Below are positions 1 to 9,948 of a stretch of 64,000 bases of DNA, piece by piece; within the stretch, counting starts at the first letter, position 1; each line of letters starts with the position of its first letter. The DNA comes from Candidatus Omnitrophota bacterium (GTDB lineage: Bacteria > Omnitrophota > Gorgyraeia > Gygaellales > JBFMHM01), in the NCBI GenBank assembly GCA_040753015.1, contig JBFMHM010000004.1, forward strand, positions 10,853 to 74,852, in the 5' to 3' direction. The notes beneath the pieces are model-generated. The model was not told the origin of the DNA, made no database searches, and saw nothing but the letters and a program-made list of their open reading frames with translations. Position numbers and translations under genes: made by a program.

Positions 1-279
1 TTTTCCTGTACGTTTAACCACATCCCCTTCTTTTATGTCTTTATCTGAGCCTAAAATAACAACACCAACGCTGTCTTCTTCAAGATTTAAAGCAATACCC
101 ATAATATTATTAGAAAAAACAACTAATTCTCCAACCATTACATCATCAAGACCATAGACAAGAGCAATTCCATCGCCAACTCTAATTACATTACCTACAG
201 ACTCCATTCTCAGCCTGATCTTATATTTTTCAAGCTCTTCTTTTATTATCGAACTAACTTCTTCTGGCCTTAGCGACAT
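1..279 (-). CDS. atpA: F1 ATP synthase alpha subunit, N-terminal part; the gene continues beyond the window start
   Basis: Minus-strand translation from the ATG at 279 gives [53 protein letters not shown]..., the typical alpha-subunit N-terminus. It directly follows atpH. Confidence 0.8.
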   Translation of the reverse strand, partial: MSLRPEEVSSIIKEELEKYKIRLRMESVGNVIRVGDGIALVYGLDDVMVGELVVFSNNIMGIALNLEEDSVGVVILGSDKDIKEGDVVKRTGK

Positions 280-825
280 TTAATTAACCCTCACTGTCAT
301 TAATTTTTCTTTTAATTCTTGAATTCTGCGTTTTAATGAACCATCAATAACTGTATTGCCAATAACAAGCTGCACTCCACCGATTAATTCAGGATCAATA
401 CCGATAAATAATGCTACAGGTTTACCAAAGCGCTTTTCTAACTTTTGTTTTAATATTTCAAGCACATCTACATCTAAAGGAATAACTGTTTTTACCAACA
501 CGTTAAGTCTCTTAGCGCTATAATAAATAAATCTTACTTGATCGGCTATGTCAATAATACTATCAAATCGTTTTTTTTCTAATAATAATTTCAAAAAATG
601 CAATGTCTCGCGAGAAAAACCTACAGCAAAAATTCTATCAATAATATTCTCTTTCTGGTGACGTATTATTTCCGGATTTTCTAAAAACTCGAGTAAATCA
701 GAGCTTGTAGTCAAAACCTGCCTTACTCTAAACATCTCCTCTAAACCTCTGTCGTAACCTATTGTATCTTTAATTAAGCCTAAAAAACCCTGGGCATATA
801 TTTTACTTACAACTAAATCTTTCAT
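280..825 (-). CDS. atpH: F-type ATP synthase delta (OSCP) subunit
   Basis: 181 aa with an OSCP-like sequence. It sits between atpF and atpA in an atpBEFHA operon. Confidence 0.8.
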   Translation of the reverse strand: MKDLVVSKIYAQGFLGLIKDTIGYDRGLEEMFRVRQVLTTSSDLLEFLENPEIIRHQKENIIDRIFAVGFSRETLHFLKLLLEKKRFDSIIDIADQVRFIYYSAKRLNVLVKTVIPLDVDVLEILKQKLEKRFGKPVALFIGIDPELIGGVQLVIGNTVIDGSLKRRIQELKEKLMTVRVN

Positions 826-833
826 CGCGTTTT

Positions 834-1331
834 TTATTTGGCTTGATCTAATCTTTCTATAAAATCGGCAACTAACTTCTTGTCATGCTCATCATCCATT
901 CTTTCTTTTATCACTTTTTCTGTTGCCTCAACCGCTAAATCAATTATTTTAATTTTTAATGTTTCCTTTGCCTTTTCTAACTCTGAAGAAAGTTGCAGTC
1001 TAGCATTTTCAATTATTTTCTCTCCTTCAATATGCGCCTGTTTTTTTATTGAATCGGCAACAATAGTACCCTCTTTAATAGCCTCTTTAATAATAGACCT
1101 CGCCTGATCGTCAATATGAAATATTTTTGCTTCATAATCAGATTTTATCTTGTTAATATCAAGTTTTGCTCTTTCTATATCTTTAAACTCATTTGCAATA
1201 TATTCTCGCCTCTGGTCTAATAACTGAAGAATTTTTTTCCAAGCAAAAATACGTAAGATAAAAAATAAAATAAGGAAACTAATAATTTGAGCGACAATCT
1301 CGCTTGCGCTTAATAGCTTTAAAAATTCCAT
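834..1331 (-). CDS. atpF: F0 ATP synthase subunit b
   Basis: 165 aa with an N-terminal TM helix followed by a long charged coiled-coil; operon context. Confidence 0.8.
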   Translation of the reverse strand: MEFLKLLSASEIVAQIISFLILFFILRIFAWKKILQLLDQRREYIANEFKDIERAKLDINKIKSDYEAKIFHIDDQARSIIKEAIKEGTIVADSIKKQAHIEGEKIIENARLQLSSELEKAKETLKIKIIDLAVEATEKVIKERMDDEHDKKLVADFIERLDQAK

Positions 1332-1340
1332 AAGTTGTTT

Positions 1341-1571
1341 TTAAATCTTGCCCGCAAGAACAAATGCAAAAACAAGCGCATAAATTGTAAGCGCTTCAAT
1401 AAATGCACAGCCAGCTGCCATAGTAATTAAAATTTTATTTGCTGCTTCTGGCTGGCGGCCTGTTGCCTCCATTGCCGAACTAACCACCTTACCTAAACTT
1501 AGCGCACAACCAAAAGCTGCCAAAGCCACGCTTAAAGGTAATGCCACCGCTAATACCGAATGGTAATCCAT
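1341..1571 (-). CDS. atpE: F0 ATP synthase subunit c
   Basis: 76-aa hairpin proteolipid with a GRQPE loop motif and a conserved carboxylate in helix 2 (AFIEALTIYALV). Confidence 0.9.
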   Translation of the reverse strand: MDYHSVLAVALPLSVALAAFGCALSLGKVVSSAMEATGRQPEAANKILITMAAGCAFIEALTIYALVFAFVLAGKI

Positions 1572-1574
1572 TTT

Positions 1575-2333
1575 TTACTCCTCCTTTTCCTCGTGTTTTA
1601 ACACGAATGCAAAATAAATTGTACTTAACAATGAAAAAACTATTGCTTGAACTACTGCGCCAAAAATTATAATAAGACTAGTAAACACAATTAATGGTAT
1701 TCCTTTTATTCCAAAACTAGCCAATACAGAAAGAAGCATATCATCGCCCCAAATATTACTTCTAAGACGAAGAGAAAGTGTGATAGGTTTAATTAATTCT
1801 GACACCGTATGTAAGATAAACATTAAAACTGGAAATATAATAGATGCGCCTAAAAATCCTTTTGGATCGCCAGCCATATGCTTAAAATACCCAACAAACC
1901 CTGCTTCTTTAAAAGCGGTGTATTGGACATAAACAAAAACACATAATGCTAAACTAAGAGTAACAGATAAATTAGAAGTTGCCGATTTCATAAAAGGAAT
2001 TAATCCAAATAAATTCATGAAAAGAATATATATAAAAATAGTGCCGATAAAGGGTGTAAATTTTCTGCCTCTTGGTCCGAGTATACTACAAATAAAATCG
2101 TCTATACCTCCGATAACTACTTCAAAAATATTTTGCATGCGGCTTCGAGGAGTTAACGCCATCTTTCTTGTAGCGATTAATGATAATAGAATAAGGATTA
2201 AAGCAACAATCAAAGAAAAGATTATATTTTCCCAATGATACAAAAAACTGGCAAAAACTGTGCCTTTAAATCTATTAGCAAGAAATGATACTATATTTAT
2301 AATTTCTATTTGGCCTGTATTTTCTTGAATCAT
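1575..2333 (-). CDS. atpB: F0 ATP synthase subunit a
   Basis: 252-aa polytopic membrane protein with an LSLRLRSNI motif carrying the conserved Arg; first gene of the atp operon. Confidence 0.8.
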   Translation of the reverse strand: MIQENTGQIEIINIVSFLANRFKGTVFASFLYHWENIIFSLIVALILILLSLIATRKMALTPRSRMQNIFEVVIGGIDDFICSILGPRGRKFTPFIGTIFIYILFMNLFGLIPFMKSATSNLSVTLSLALCVFVYVQYTAFKEAGFVGYFKHMAGDPKGFLGASIIFPVLMFILHTVSELIKPITLSLRLRSNIWGDDMLLSVLASFGIKGIPLIVFTSLIIIFGAVVQAIVFSLLSTIYFAFVLKHEEKEE

Positions 2334-2350
2334 AACACTATTTTACTCCA

Positions 2351-3562
2351 TTATAGATAAACAATATCTTCATTGTGATATAAGGCAAGAAAAAGAAGAA
2401 TATAATCCCTTAGGTGCCTTGTTATTAAAAAATTATTTTTAATATTCTCTCTACCATTCTCACCTAATTTTTTAGCATAAGCAGGAGAATTTAATAATTG
2501 TTTTAAAGCAAAAGCAGCCCCCTGAATCGAATAACACAAAAGTCCCGAATATTTATGTTTTATCTGCAGAGGAATACCCCCTACATTAGAGGCAACTACT
2601 GGTTTTGCTTTCCAAAGGGCTTCAGCTACAGTTAAACCAAAACCCTCGCGTAATGACTTTTGAATAATTACTGTTGATGCACGTTGAAGAGCATTAACTT
2701 CAATATCATTATGCGCAATCAGCAAGATATGAATATCTTTATTACTCTGCGCCTTATCTAAAACTTCCTGATATACAACCTGGCTCTCAGGATCATCGCT
2801 TGCCGTACCTCCTGCCAAAACTAAACGGCAGTCTATATATTTCTTAACTTCTTTAAATGCTTCAATGACACCAAGCGGGTCCTTTAAACGGTCAAAGCGA
2901 GAAATCTGAGTAATAATTGGCTTATCTTTTGGTATGCTATATTTTCTTAGTACAGAATCTATGATATCCTGTGGCAACTCTTTGTTTTTGTCGCTTAGAG
3001 GATCAATCGATGGCGAAATCAAAAACTGCCTTATAGCCAATCTTCTTGAGAACAACGGAGCAGAAAATACAGCCGCATCATATTTTATAATATAATCTAC
3101 AAGAAAATCCCAGATTTTTTGGTTTGGGTTAGATGCATCAATATGGCACCGCCAAACCCATTTGTTATCTTTCTTTTTTTCAACTAACGCTATCGGCTGA
3201 GGATCATGAATAAAAACAATATCTCCATATATATTTACATCTCTTATATTCTCTTTACTCGTTTCTAAAAAAATATCGAGATCTTGCTGTGTTATAATTT
3301 CTTTTCTCCCATGCAGTGCATTATGAATTTTTTTTGTTACTTCAAAAAAATTCTCGCCGCCTTTTATTAAATCCCACCTGGCATCAACGCCTAAACTTTT
3401 AATTAAAGAAGCCATCCTGGTTAAAATTTCAGCTACCCCGCCTCCAACCGCTGTTGAATTAATGTGCTGAACAACCTTACCTTTTAATCTATCGGCGATA
3501 AGCCTCAAATCATCTATTACAGATTCTCCAACAATTGGGATATAATTTTCTATTTTTATCAT
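2351..3562 (-). CDS. GT4-family (group 1) glycosyltransferase, possibly a trehalose/sugar-phosphate synthase-like enzyme
   Basis: 403 aa with a C-terminal EGFGLTVAEAL (E-X7-E) GT4 motif. It lies in an operon with otsB and otsA. Confidence 0.6.
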   Translation of the reverse strand: MIKIENYIPIVGESVIDDLRLIADRLKGKVVQHINSTAVGGGVAEILTRMASLIKSLGVDARWDLIKGGENFFEVTKKIHNALHGRKEIITQQDLDIFLETSKENIRDVNIYGDIVFIHDPQPIALVEKKKDNKWVWRCHIDASNPNQKIWDFLVDYIIKYDAAVFSAPLFSRRLAIRQFLISPSIDPLSDKNKELPQDIIDSVLRKYSIPKDKPIITQISRFDRLKDPLGVIEAFKEVKKYIDCRLVLAGGTASDDPESQVVYQEVLDKAQSNKDIHILLIAHNDIEVNALQRASTVIIQKSLREGFGLTVAEALWKAKPVVASNVGGIPLQIKHKYSGLLCYSIQGAAFALKQLLNSPAYAKKLGENGRENIKNNFLITRHLRDYILLFLALYHNEDIVYL

Positions 3563-3563
3563 T

Positions 3564-4223
3564 TCAACTTACAACTTCACTCTCGATTATATTTATAAGA
3601 TTATTTCTTAGATCTTCTAGTGTTTGAGTATAAGGATCGATATTTGATATTCGGCCAGCAAGTTTTTTATTATTCAAAGATGTCTCTATCCAATATGAAA
3701 AATCATTAGTTTGTTTTTCAAGCCTAAGCCGCGATTCAAAAATATGAAAATATATAGAATCAATTGTGACTTTCTTCAATATTGCAATGAATTCATCTAA
3801 GCTAGATACTGTATAATTAGTTGGGATTACAAAACTAATTGTTTTAATAAAATAAAATTCCTGGTCTTGCTTTGCAAATTTTAATTTTGAAAGCGGGTTT
3901 TCTTTTATGTAATCTTCTATCGTTAAAGCAACCTGATCTCTTAAACTACGTATATTTGAAAACATAATGGTATCAATACTAGCAAGCCTTTCACCTAACT
4001 CTTTCTCTTGTAAAATCTCATTCACCCAATAAGCAAAATCGTTAGGAGGTTCGGGGCTAAGATAAATATGTTGCTGCAGGAAGCGATGGGTATGATGGTA
4101 AATAGAAGCGCCTGGCACTTCTTTAATAAGCTCTAAGAGCTGTGGTAAATTAGATGCCTTCAAACCCGTTAATTCTGAAAGATGAAGCCTAGTATAAAAT
4201 CTAAATGGCTCTTTTGAAATCAT
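3564..4223 (-). CDS. Hypothetical protein with an internal tandem duplication
   Basis: 219 aa. Two ~60-aa repeats share P..NDF[AS]YW[VI]..L..K.L[AG].R[IL]SNID. There is a 1-nt gap to the flanking genes, so it is probably co-transcribed with the trehalose genes. Confidence 0.55.
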   Translation of the reverse strand: MISKEPFRFYTRLHLSELTGLKASNLPQLLELIKEVPGASIYHHTHRFLQQHIYLSPEPPNDFAYWVNEILQEKELGERLASIDTIMFSNIRSLRDQVALTIEDYIKENPLSKLKFAKQDQEFYFIKTISFVIPTNYTVSSLDEFIAILKKVTIDSIYFHIFESRLRLEKQTNDFSYWIETSLNNKKLAGRISNIDPYTQTLEDLRNNLINIIESEVVS

Positions 4224-4227
4224 AAAA

Positions 4228-5016
4228 TTATACCTCTATTAAGCTACGAAGCAGCTCAATAACCTCTGCAGGATTTCTTAAATAGTACTTTGCTGAAGAT
4301 TGTTTAGGACTGCCTACAAAGATTGTAAATTCTTTATCTTTCAATGCTTCAAAAGCGTATTCATCAGTGATATCATCACCTATATAAAATGGCTCTATCT
4401 GTTTATCATCTATTATAAAACGAAACCTAGCAAGCAGCCATAAAACAATTTTACCTTTATCCCATATGCTCTTAGGTCTTATATCAATAACCTCTTTGCC
4501 ATAAAGAACCTCAATTTTATCATGCAACAAATACTCGTGGCTAATTTTATCAAATTCACTTTTTATATAATCTATGTCTTTTCTATCACACATGCGGTAA
4601 TGCACTGCAAAGGATAAATTTTTATCCTCGATTAATATACCTCTGACATTGGAAAACTTATCTGTAATTTTATCTCTCATATCTTCAATAACTCTTTTTA
4701 TTTCAATAGCAATCCTGCTTTCAAACTTAATTTTCGGACCTTCCATCTCAAGACCATGATTGCCTACATATATAATATCTTTAATACCTATTTTTTCTTT
4801 TAAATCATTAATAGCCCTGCCGCTTATTATACATAATTTATGATTTGGTTTATTTACGATTTTATGAAGAATTGATTTTACCTCTAAAGAAAGCTTAGCC
4901 ATATCAGGCCTATCAGCTATCGGTGTAAGCGTTCCATCAAAATCTAAAAATAAAACAATAAATCTATTTTTTAGCTCCTCTTTTAGCTTATCCCAACTAT
5001 TTAATAAATATTGCAT
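4228..5016 (-). CDS. otsB: Trehalose-6-phosphate phosphatase (HAD family)
   Basis: The FLDFDGTLTPI HAD motif I sits at the N-terminus. The protein is 262 aa and lies immediately downstream of otsA. Confidence 0.8.
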   Translation of the reverse strand: MQYLLNSWDKLKEELKNRFIVLFLDFDGTLTPIADRPDMAKLSLEVKSILHKIVNKPNHKLCIISGRAINDLKEKIGIKDIIYVGNHGLEMEGPKIKFESRIAIEIKRVIEDMRDKITDKFSNVRGILIEDKNLSFAVHYRMCDRKDIDYIKSEFDKISHEYLLHDKIEVLYGKEVIDIRPKSIWDKGKIVLWLLARFRFIIDDKQIEPFYIGDDITDEYAFEALKDKEFTIFVGSPKQSSAKYYLRNPAEVIELLRSLIEV

Positions 5017-7248
5017 CTATATCTTTTTTAAAGCCGCCAACTCTGTTATTATATTTGCCGCCCAACGAAAAATATTGTTTTCCGAAATTATTTTATACAT
5101 ATTCTCCATACGCTTTATTTTTTCATCTTGCGGCATATCAACCGCGTATTTTATACTATCAGCAAAATCTTCGATCGAATAAGGATTGATTAATATGGCA
5201 TCTGTTAATTCTTTTGCTGCACCGGTAAAACGGCTCAAAATTAAACTTGCCGAAGAACCATGTTTCGACGCAATGAACTCCTTCGCTACTAAATTCATGC
5301 CATCGTGCAAAGAACTAACGATACAAATATCTGAAATTTTGTAAAATGGCTCTATCTCGTCTTGAGAAAAATGCTTTTTAAGATATATAATTGGCTTCCA
5401 ATTGCTATCAGCATACTTCCAATTTTTTTTCTCAATTAGTTCATCGATTTCACCTATTAAATCATGATATCGTTTTATATGAGTACGGCTAGGCGCAGCA
5501 AGCTGAATAAAAACAAATTTATTTTTGTATTCAGGGTATTTTTCTAAGAATCTATCAATAGCCAGGATTCTTTCAATGATACCCTTTGTATAATCAATTC
5601 TATCAACGCCTAAAGCAACAATTTTATCCTTTAAATCAAATTCACTTACCAATCTCTTTATATCTTTTGATTCGACGTTAGCCTTTGGACTGGCATAGCT
5701 GTTTACGCTTATAGGAAATGCCCTAATAAACGTTTCTCTGCCTGATCGAACAATACTAAATTTTTCTGTATCAACCCTAGATTCAAGAAGCCTGTTTGCT
5801 GTATCAAGAAAATTATTACAATGATATTGAATATGGAAACCAATCAAATCACAACCAAGCATTCCGTCTAAAATTTCTGCCTGGTAAGGACAAATTGAAA
5901 AATCTTCGGGGTTTGGCCAAGGGATATGCCAAAATAAAGCAACAATCGCATCTGGGCGTTTCTCTTTAATTAATCGCGGAAGAATAGTAAAATGATAATC
6001 TTGAATAAAAACAAAAGGATTCTTTGCGGGGAGTTCTTCTAATATGCTTTCAGCAAATTTTTTATTTACATTTTTATATGCGGTCCAATCCGATTCCCTA
6101 AATATAGGCCTCGTATGCGTTATATGGCAAAGCGGCCAAAGCCCCTCGTTAGAGAAACCATAATAATAACCTTCCTCTTCTTCTTTAGAAAGCCAGATTC
6201 TTTTTAGAATGTATCTATTATCACCGGGAGGAACACCTAACTTATCTTTAGAATTAACAAATTTCTTGTCAGCATTACCGCTACCATGCGCTATCCAGGT
6301 CCCCCCGCAGGCACAGAGAATAGGATGAATTGCTGTAACCACACCGCTTGCGGGCCTAACACATCTTACCTCCCCAGTAATATCATTTGTAACATGCATA
6401 TAGGGCTCTCTATTAGACACTACGAATAAAGTATTCTCTCCCAACTTAGCCCTTACCAGATCTTTTAATTTATTTTCTGTCCATATATCTTCTTTTATAA
6501 TACGTTTTTGAGCTTCTTCTGAAACGCTCTTACGCGCTACTCTTAGACTCAAGGCCAATTGCTCTACTTCACTGGCAAGCTTACCTAATTCTCCTTTTTC
6601 TTTAATTGGATGGCTCTCGTCTATCTCGCCTCTCTGAAAATGCTTAAACCACTCCGTAAGGCGCTGAACAGGTAAAGTAAAAATTTGTTTATGTAAAAAA
6701 ATTGCTATAATACAAATTGATACAACAAGTGTTATTAATGTAAAATTGATCCTTTTCCAAAGCTGCGTTAACCTTGTAAAAACATAAGAAGTATCATAAA
6801 TCACCTCAACAAAACCTAAAAGGTTATTCCCATCATCAAAGATTGGCAAGATGTAACTATAAACACTTGATTGCCTGAATTTCTCTATTTCGCCTCTTGC
6901 CTGTTTATTTAACAATAGCTCTTTAAAATATGGTTTTTCTTTTTCCTTCCAATCATTAAATCTTTTCGTAATAACAAGAATGTTTCCTTCTTTATCATAA
7001 ATAACACAGCCCTGTAGCCTTTCTCTAGTCTCAAATTTTTCTACAAGATAGTTAGCGCTCCTTACATCATTTGTAAGTAATACATTTTTTACTGACAGCT
7101 CCATACTTTCGGCAATATGGCGTGTTTTACGCTTTAAGTCATCAATAAGCTTTTCTTCTTCAAAGCGTACTTGAAACATACCAAAAATAGTAAACGCAAG
7201 CGTTACAATTATTAAAATTGGTAAAATAAATAAAAAAATTCTTTTCAT
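5017..7248 (-). CDS. otsA: Alpha,alpha-trehalose-phosphate synthase (GT20) fused to an N-terminal membrane sensor/HAMP-like region
   Basis: 743 aa. The C-terminal ~470 aa are GT20-like (REPYMH...GFFLHIPFP-like HIPWP motif, LNLVAKEF). The N-terminus has two hydrophobic segments flanking ~140 aa, followed by an amphipathic linker. Confidence 0.8.
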   Translation of the reverse strand: MKRIFLFILPILIIVTLAFTIFGMFQVRFEEEKLIDDLKRKTRHIAESMELSVKNVLLTNDVRSANYLVEKFETRERLQGCVIYDKEGNILVITKRFNDWKEKEKPYFKELLLNKQARGEIEKFRQSSVYSYILPIFDDGNNLLGFVEVIYDTSYVFTRLTQLWKRINFTLITLVVSICIIAIFLHKQIFTLPVQRLTEWFKHFQRGEIDESHPIKEKGELGKLASEVEQLALSLRVARKSVSEEAQKRIIKEDIWTENKLKDLVRAKLGENTLFVVSNREPYMHVTNDITGEVRCVRPASGVVTAIHPILCACGGTWIAHGSGNADKKFVNSKDKLGVPPGDNRYILKRIWLSKEEEEGYYYGFSNEGLWPLCHITHTRPIFRESDWTAYKNVNKKFAESILEELPAKNPFVFIQDYHFTILPRLIKEKRPDAIVALFWHIPWPNPEDFSICPYQAEILDGMLGCDLIGFHIQYHCNNFLDTANRLLESRVDTEKFSIVRSGRETFIRAFPISVNSYASPKANVESKDIKRLVSEFDLKDKIVALGVDRIDYTKGIIERILAIDRFLEKYPEYKNKFVFIQLAAPSRTHIKRYHDLIGEIDELIEKKNWKYADSNWKPIIYLKKHFSQDEIEPFYKISDICIVSSLHDGMNLVAKEFIASKHGSSASLILSRFTGAAKELTDAILINPYSIEDFADSIKYAVDMPQDEKIKRMENMYKIISENNIFRWAANIITELAALKKI

Positions 7249-7346
7249 ATCTTTATTATATAATTTAATGATGAAATTACAATCATTTTTGATATAATAA
7301 ATTAATGTTTATTCTTTAAAATTTAATAATAAATATTTATAATATT

Positions 7347-7898
7347 ATGAAATCACTATTAAATAATGAACAAAAAAATAAACTGCTTAAAATTGCCCGG
7401 GATACTATTACAGAATATGTCAAAAACAAAAAAATCCTTGAAATAAAAGAAACCGACCCCCTACTTAATCAAAAACTGGGCGCCTTTGTAAGTTTACATA
7501 TAAATAAAGAACTTCGTGGCTGCATAGGAAATATCGTCGGCCAAAAACCATTATGCTTAACAATAAGAGATATGGCGATTGCATCTGCAACCGAAGACCC
7601 GCGGTTTAGGCCCTTAACTAAAGAAGAACTCCCTTTAATTCATATAGAAATATCTGTGCTTTCAGCTCTTAAAAAAATAATAGATCCTAATGAAATAACA
7701 TTGGGTAAACACGGAGTTATTGTAAAAAAAGGTATAAAAAGCGGAGTTTTTTTACCGCAAGTTGCAACTGAAACTTGTTGGACAAAAGAAGAATTTATGA
7801 ATAATCTCTGCATTCATAAAGCAGGGCTTTCAAAAAATGCATGGAGAAATGGTGAATGTGAAATTTATATCTTCAGCGCCGATGTATTTGAAGAATAG
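7347..7898 (+). CDS. AMMECR1 domain protein
   Basis: RGCIG, ATEDPRF and GKHG motifs are present; 183 aa. Confidence 0.85.
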   Translation: MKSLLNNEQKNKLLKIARDTITEYVKNKKILEIKETDPLLNQKLGAFVSLHINKELRGCIGNIVGQKPLCLTIRDMAIASATEDPRFRPLTKEELPLIHIEISVLSALKKIIDPNEITLGKHGVIVKKGIKSGVFLPQVATETCWTKEEFMNNLCIHKAGLSKNAWRNGECEIYIFSADVFEE

Positions 7899-7906
7899 CC
7901 AACTTA

Positions 7907-9286
7907 TTATTCAGTTATATCTATAATCTGCCACATATACCAGTCTTGCGGAATTCTTGTTAAGTAGGATTGGCTGGTTGTTAAAATCTTATCAGGATAG
8001 CCTAAGACCTTTAGCGGGATCTTAACTACAATTTGAAAAAGGTGTCTTTCTACAATAATATTTTTCGAAGAAATTTTATGGTGTTGGTCATATACACCAT
8101 ACTTTGCCGGGCCAATTCTTACTTGCAATTTAGGCATTGCCTCAAACGGCCGGCTAAAACTATAACCAAATGTACGTAAACAAATTTCTGCGCCTCTGGC
8201 AAGCGGCCGAGAAAATTTAAAAGTAAATTCAATATTATCATCTTTTAGGCGAATATATTTTTCTTGAATGCCTACAAAACCCGCCCTTTGTTTACTCGCT
8301 AAAATTGAACGCTTATTGATGAAATCACGATTTTCTGACTCTTTATAAATCAATATGCCGTCATTTGGTTTCAAAACAATCTCGGCAAAATCCCCAAATA
8401 ATTCATTAACCCTAGCGAATGCATTTAGAAATTTTGCATCTAATTTCATTTGTGACTTATTAGCTTTAAGTGCGCGGTATTTTTTTGAAATTTTTGCATC
8501 ATCTAGACGATAAATTCTCCAGCTAATTAAATCTTTAAAAAAATAAGGCGGTGATAAAGTTTTCTTCGGATGATACCCTAAAGGTTTAGGCCAATCTTTA
8601 AAATGCACTAAATAAGGATAGACTTTTGGGTTAATTTCTTTTTTTAAATTCCAAAGAGCAACTCGTGTGAATAAATAAAGCGCTCGATGGTCAACATTAT
8701 GATCTGCTGAATGCGAAACAAAAATTTTCGTCGGCTTAAAATCGCGAATAATTGCCTCAAGATCCTTTAAAATCTCTTCTCCTTTATAAGGCGCTCCATA
8801 CCTAAATGCATTTTTATAAGGAACGGCTTTTGAATTTGTAAGCATACCTCTCGCTGGCGGCCTAGAAGCCCAGTGTGAATTCCAAATATTTAAAGTTTTA
8901 AAATCAGGATAACCTAAAAAAATTAAATTTTCTTTCTCTAACCCTAAAACACTATCAGCATTAACTGCTTCATCATAACGCACTAATGCCATATTCCTTA
9001 CGGCTTGAGGGATTATCACAGGATGCATTTTATAAGCCATAAAAGACCACTCGTTATTATCTCCATAAGTAAAAAACACGACTTTTAAAGGCAGATTATT
9101 TAAAGCTGCATTTTGAATTACCCCTGCGCAACCTAAAACTTCGTCGTCAGGATGCGGCGCAAGTATCAATATGCGATCTTCTTTTTCAAATTCAACATTG
9201 GGTAATTCTAGTGGATTTATAATAGGGGTTGTTGCGCAAGCGCTTAAAAATAAACATAATAAAGAAAATAGTATTATTTTTTTCAT
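7907..9286 (-). CDS. PIG-L/LmbE-family N-acetylglucosaminyl deacetylase, secreted or lipoprotein
   Basis: Signal peptide with a lipobox-like LSAC; APHPDDEVLGCAG PIG-L motif; 459 aa with a long C-terminal extension. Confidence 0.7.
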   Translation of the reverse strand: MKKIILFSLLCLFLSACATTPIINPLELPNVEFEKEDRILILAPHPDDEVLGCAGVIQNAALNNLPLKVVFFTYGDNNEWSFMAYKMHPVIIPQAVRNMALVRYDEAVNADSVLGLEKENLIFLGYPDFKTLNIWNSHWASRPPARGMLTNSKAVPYKNAFRYGAPYKGEEILKDLEAIIRDFKPTKIFVSHSADHNVDHRALYLFTRVALWNLKKEINPKVYPYLVHFKDWPKPLGYHPKKTLSPPYFFKDLISWRIYRLDDAKISKKYRALKANKSQMKLDAKFLNAFARVNELFGDFAEIVLKPNDGILIYKESENRDFINKRSILASKQRAGFVGIQEKYIRLKDDNIEFTFKFSRPLARGAEICLRTFGYSFSRPFEAMPKLQVRIGPAKYGVYDQHHKISSKNIIVERHLFQIVVKIPLKVLGYPDKILTTSQSYLTRIPQDWYMWQIIDITE

Positions 9287-9948
9287 AATATTTGTTTTCC
9301 GTAAGTAATTGTATAGTATAAACCATTTTTATTCGATAATACTAATGAATGTTTAGCCAATATTCTAAACCCTAAATGCTCAAAAAAATTACATCCGAAG
9401 GTATTATCTTCTCTAACAGAAGCATAAACACCTTTTATACCTTTAGCCCTCAATTGATCTATAAATTTATCGACTAACCCTCTTCCAATATTCTGGCCAC
9501 GATAACCATTTTTTAAATTAATATGTAGATGCGCCGGATAATCTTTTTGTGAAAATAAATAATTATCCTCACTCATAGTAAAAACTCTTTTTGAAAAAGT
9601 CATAATAATTGCTTTTAATAATTTCCAAGTTTTAATATCTAGGAACACGCCCCTAAAAAACGCAATAAAAATTACATACGGCAATATATTTGTAATCATA
9701 ATCCAGGTATAATGCTTATCATTTATGCAGCCGGTCAAATAACCAATTACTTCGCCATTATATTCTGCCACCCATAAAAATTCCTTATTATAATCTGTAT
9801 AATATTTTGTAATTAAATCTGCGGCAATATATCTATCGCTAAAAAAATTTTCTAAGGGTTCTCCTTTATCTGCTGTATCACAAGCAATTTGCCTTACAGA
9901 TAAACGATCCCGCCTCTCATATTTTCTGATTATAATCGGAAACTCCAT
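9283..9948 (-). CDS. GNAT-family N-acetyltransferase
   Basis: The C-terminus has an RGQNIGRGLV...GFR GNAT acetyl-CoA binding pattern. Its stop overlaps the PIG-L start. Confidence 0.65.
   Translation of the reverse strand: MEFPIIIRKYERRDRLSVRQIACDTADKGEPLENFFSDRYIAADLITKYYTDYNKEFLWVAEYNGEVIGYLTGCINDKHYTWIMITNILPYVIFIAFFRGVFLDIKTWKLLKAIIMTFSKRVFTMSEDNYLFSQKDYPAHLHINLKNGYRGQNIGRGLVDKFIDQLRAKGIKGVYASVREDNTFGCNFFEHLGFRILAKHSLVLSNKNGLYYTITYGKQIL

Noticed and set aside
880-1107. Plus-strand 75-aa ORF (and similar plus-strand ORFs at 2017-2238, 10824-11087, 12321-12599, 21021-21440, 21585-21917, 34207-34701, 35575-36106, 45613-46165, 61941-62628)
   Set aside because: All lie antisense within well-supported minus-strand genes. 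They have low-complexity or Ser/Leu/Ile-rich translations typical of AT-rich antisense frames, and no RBS or motif support.
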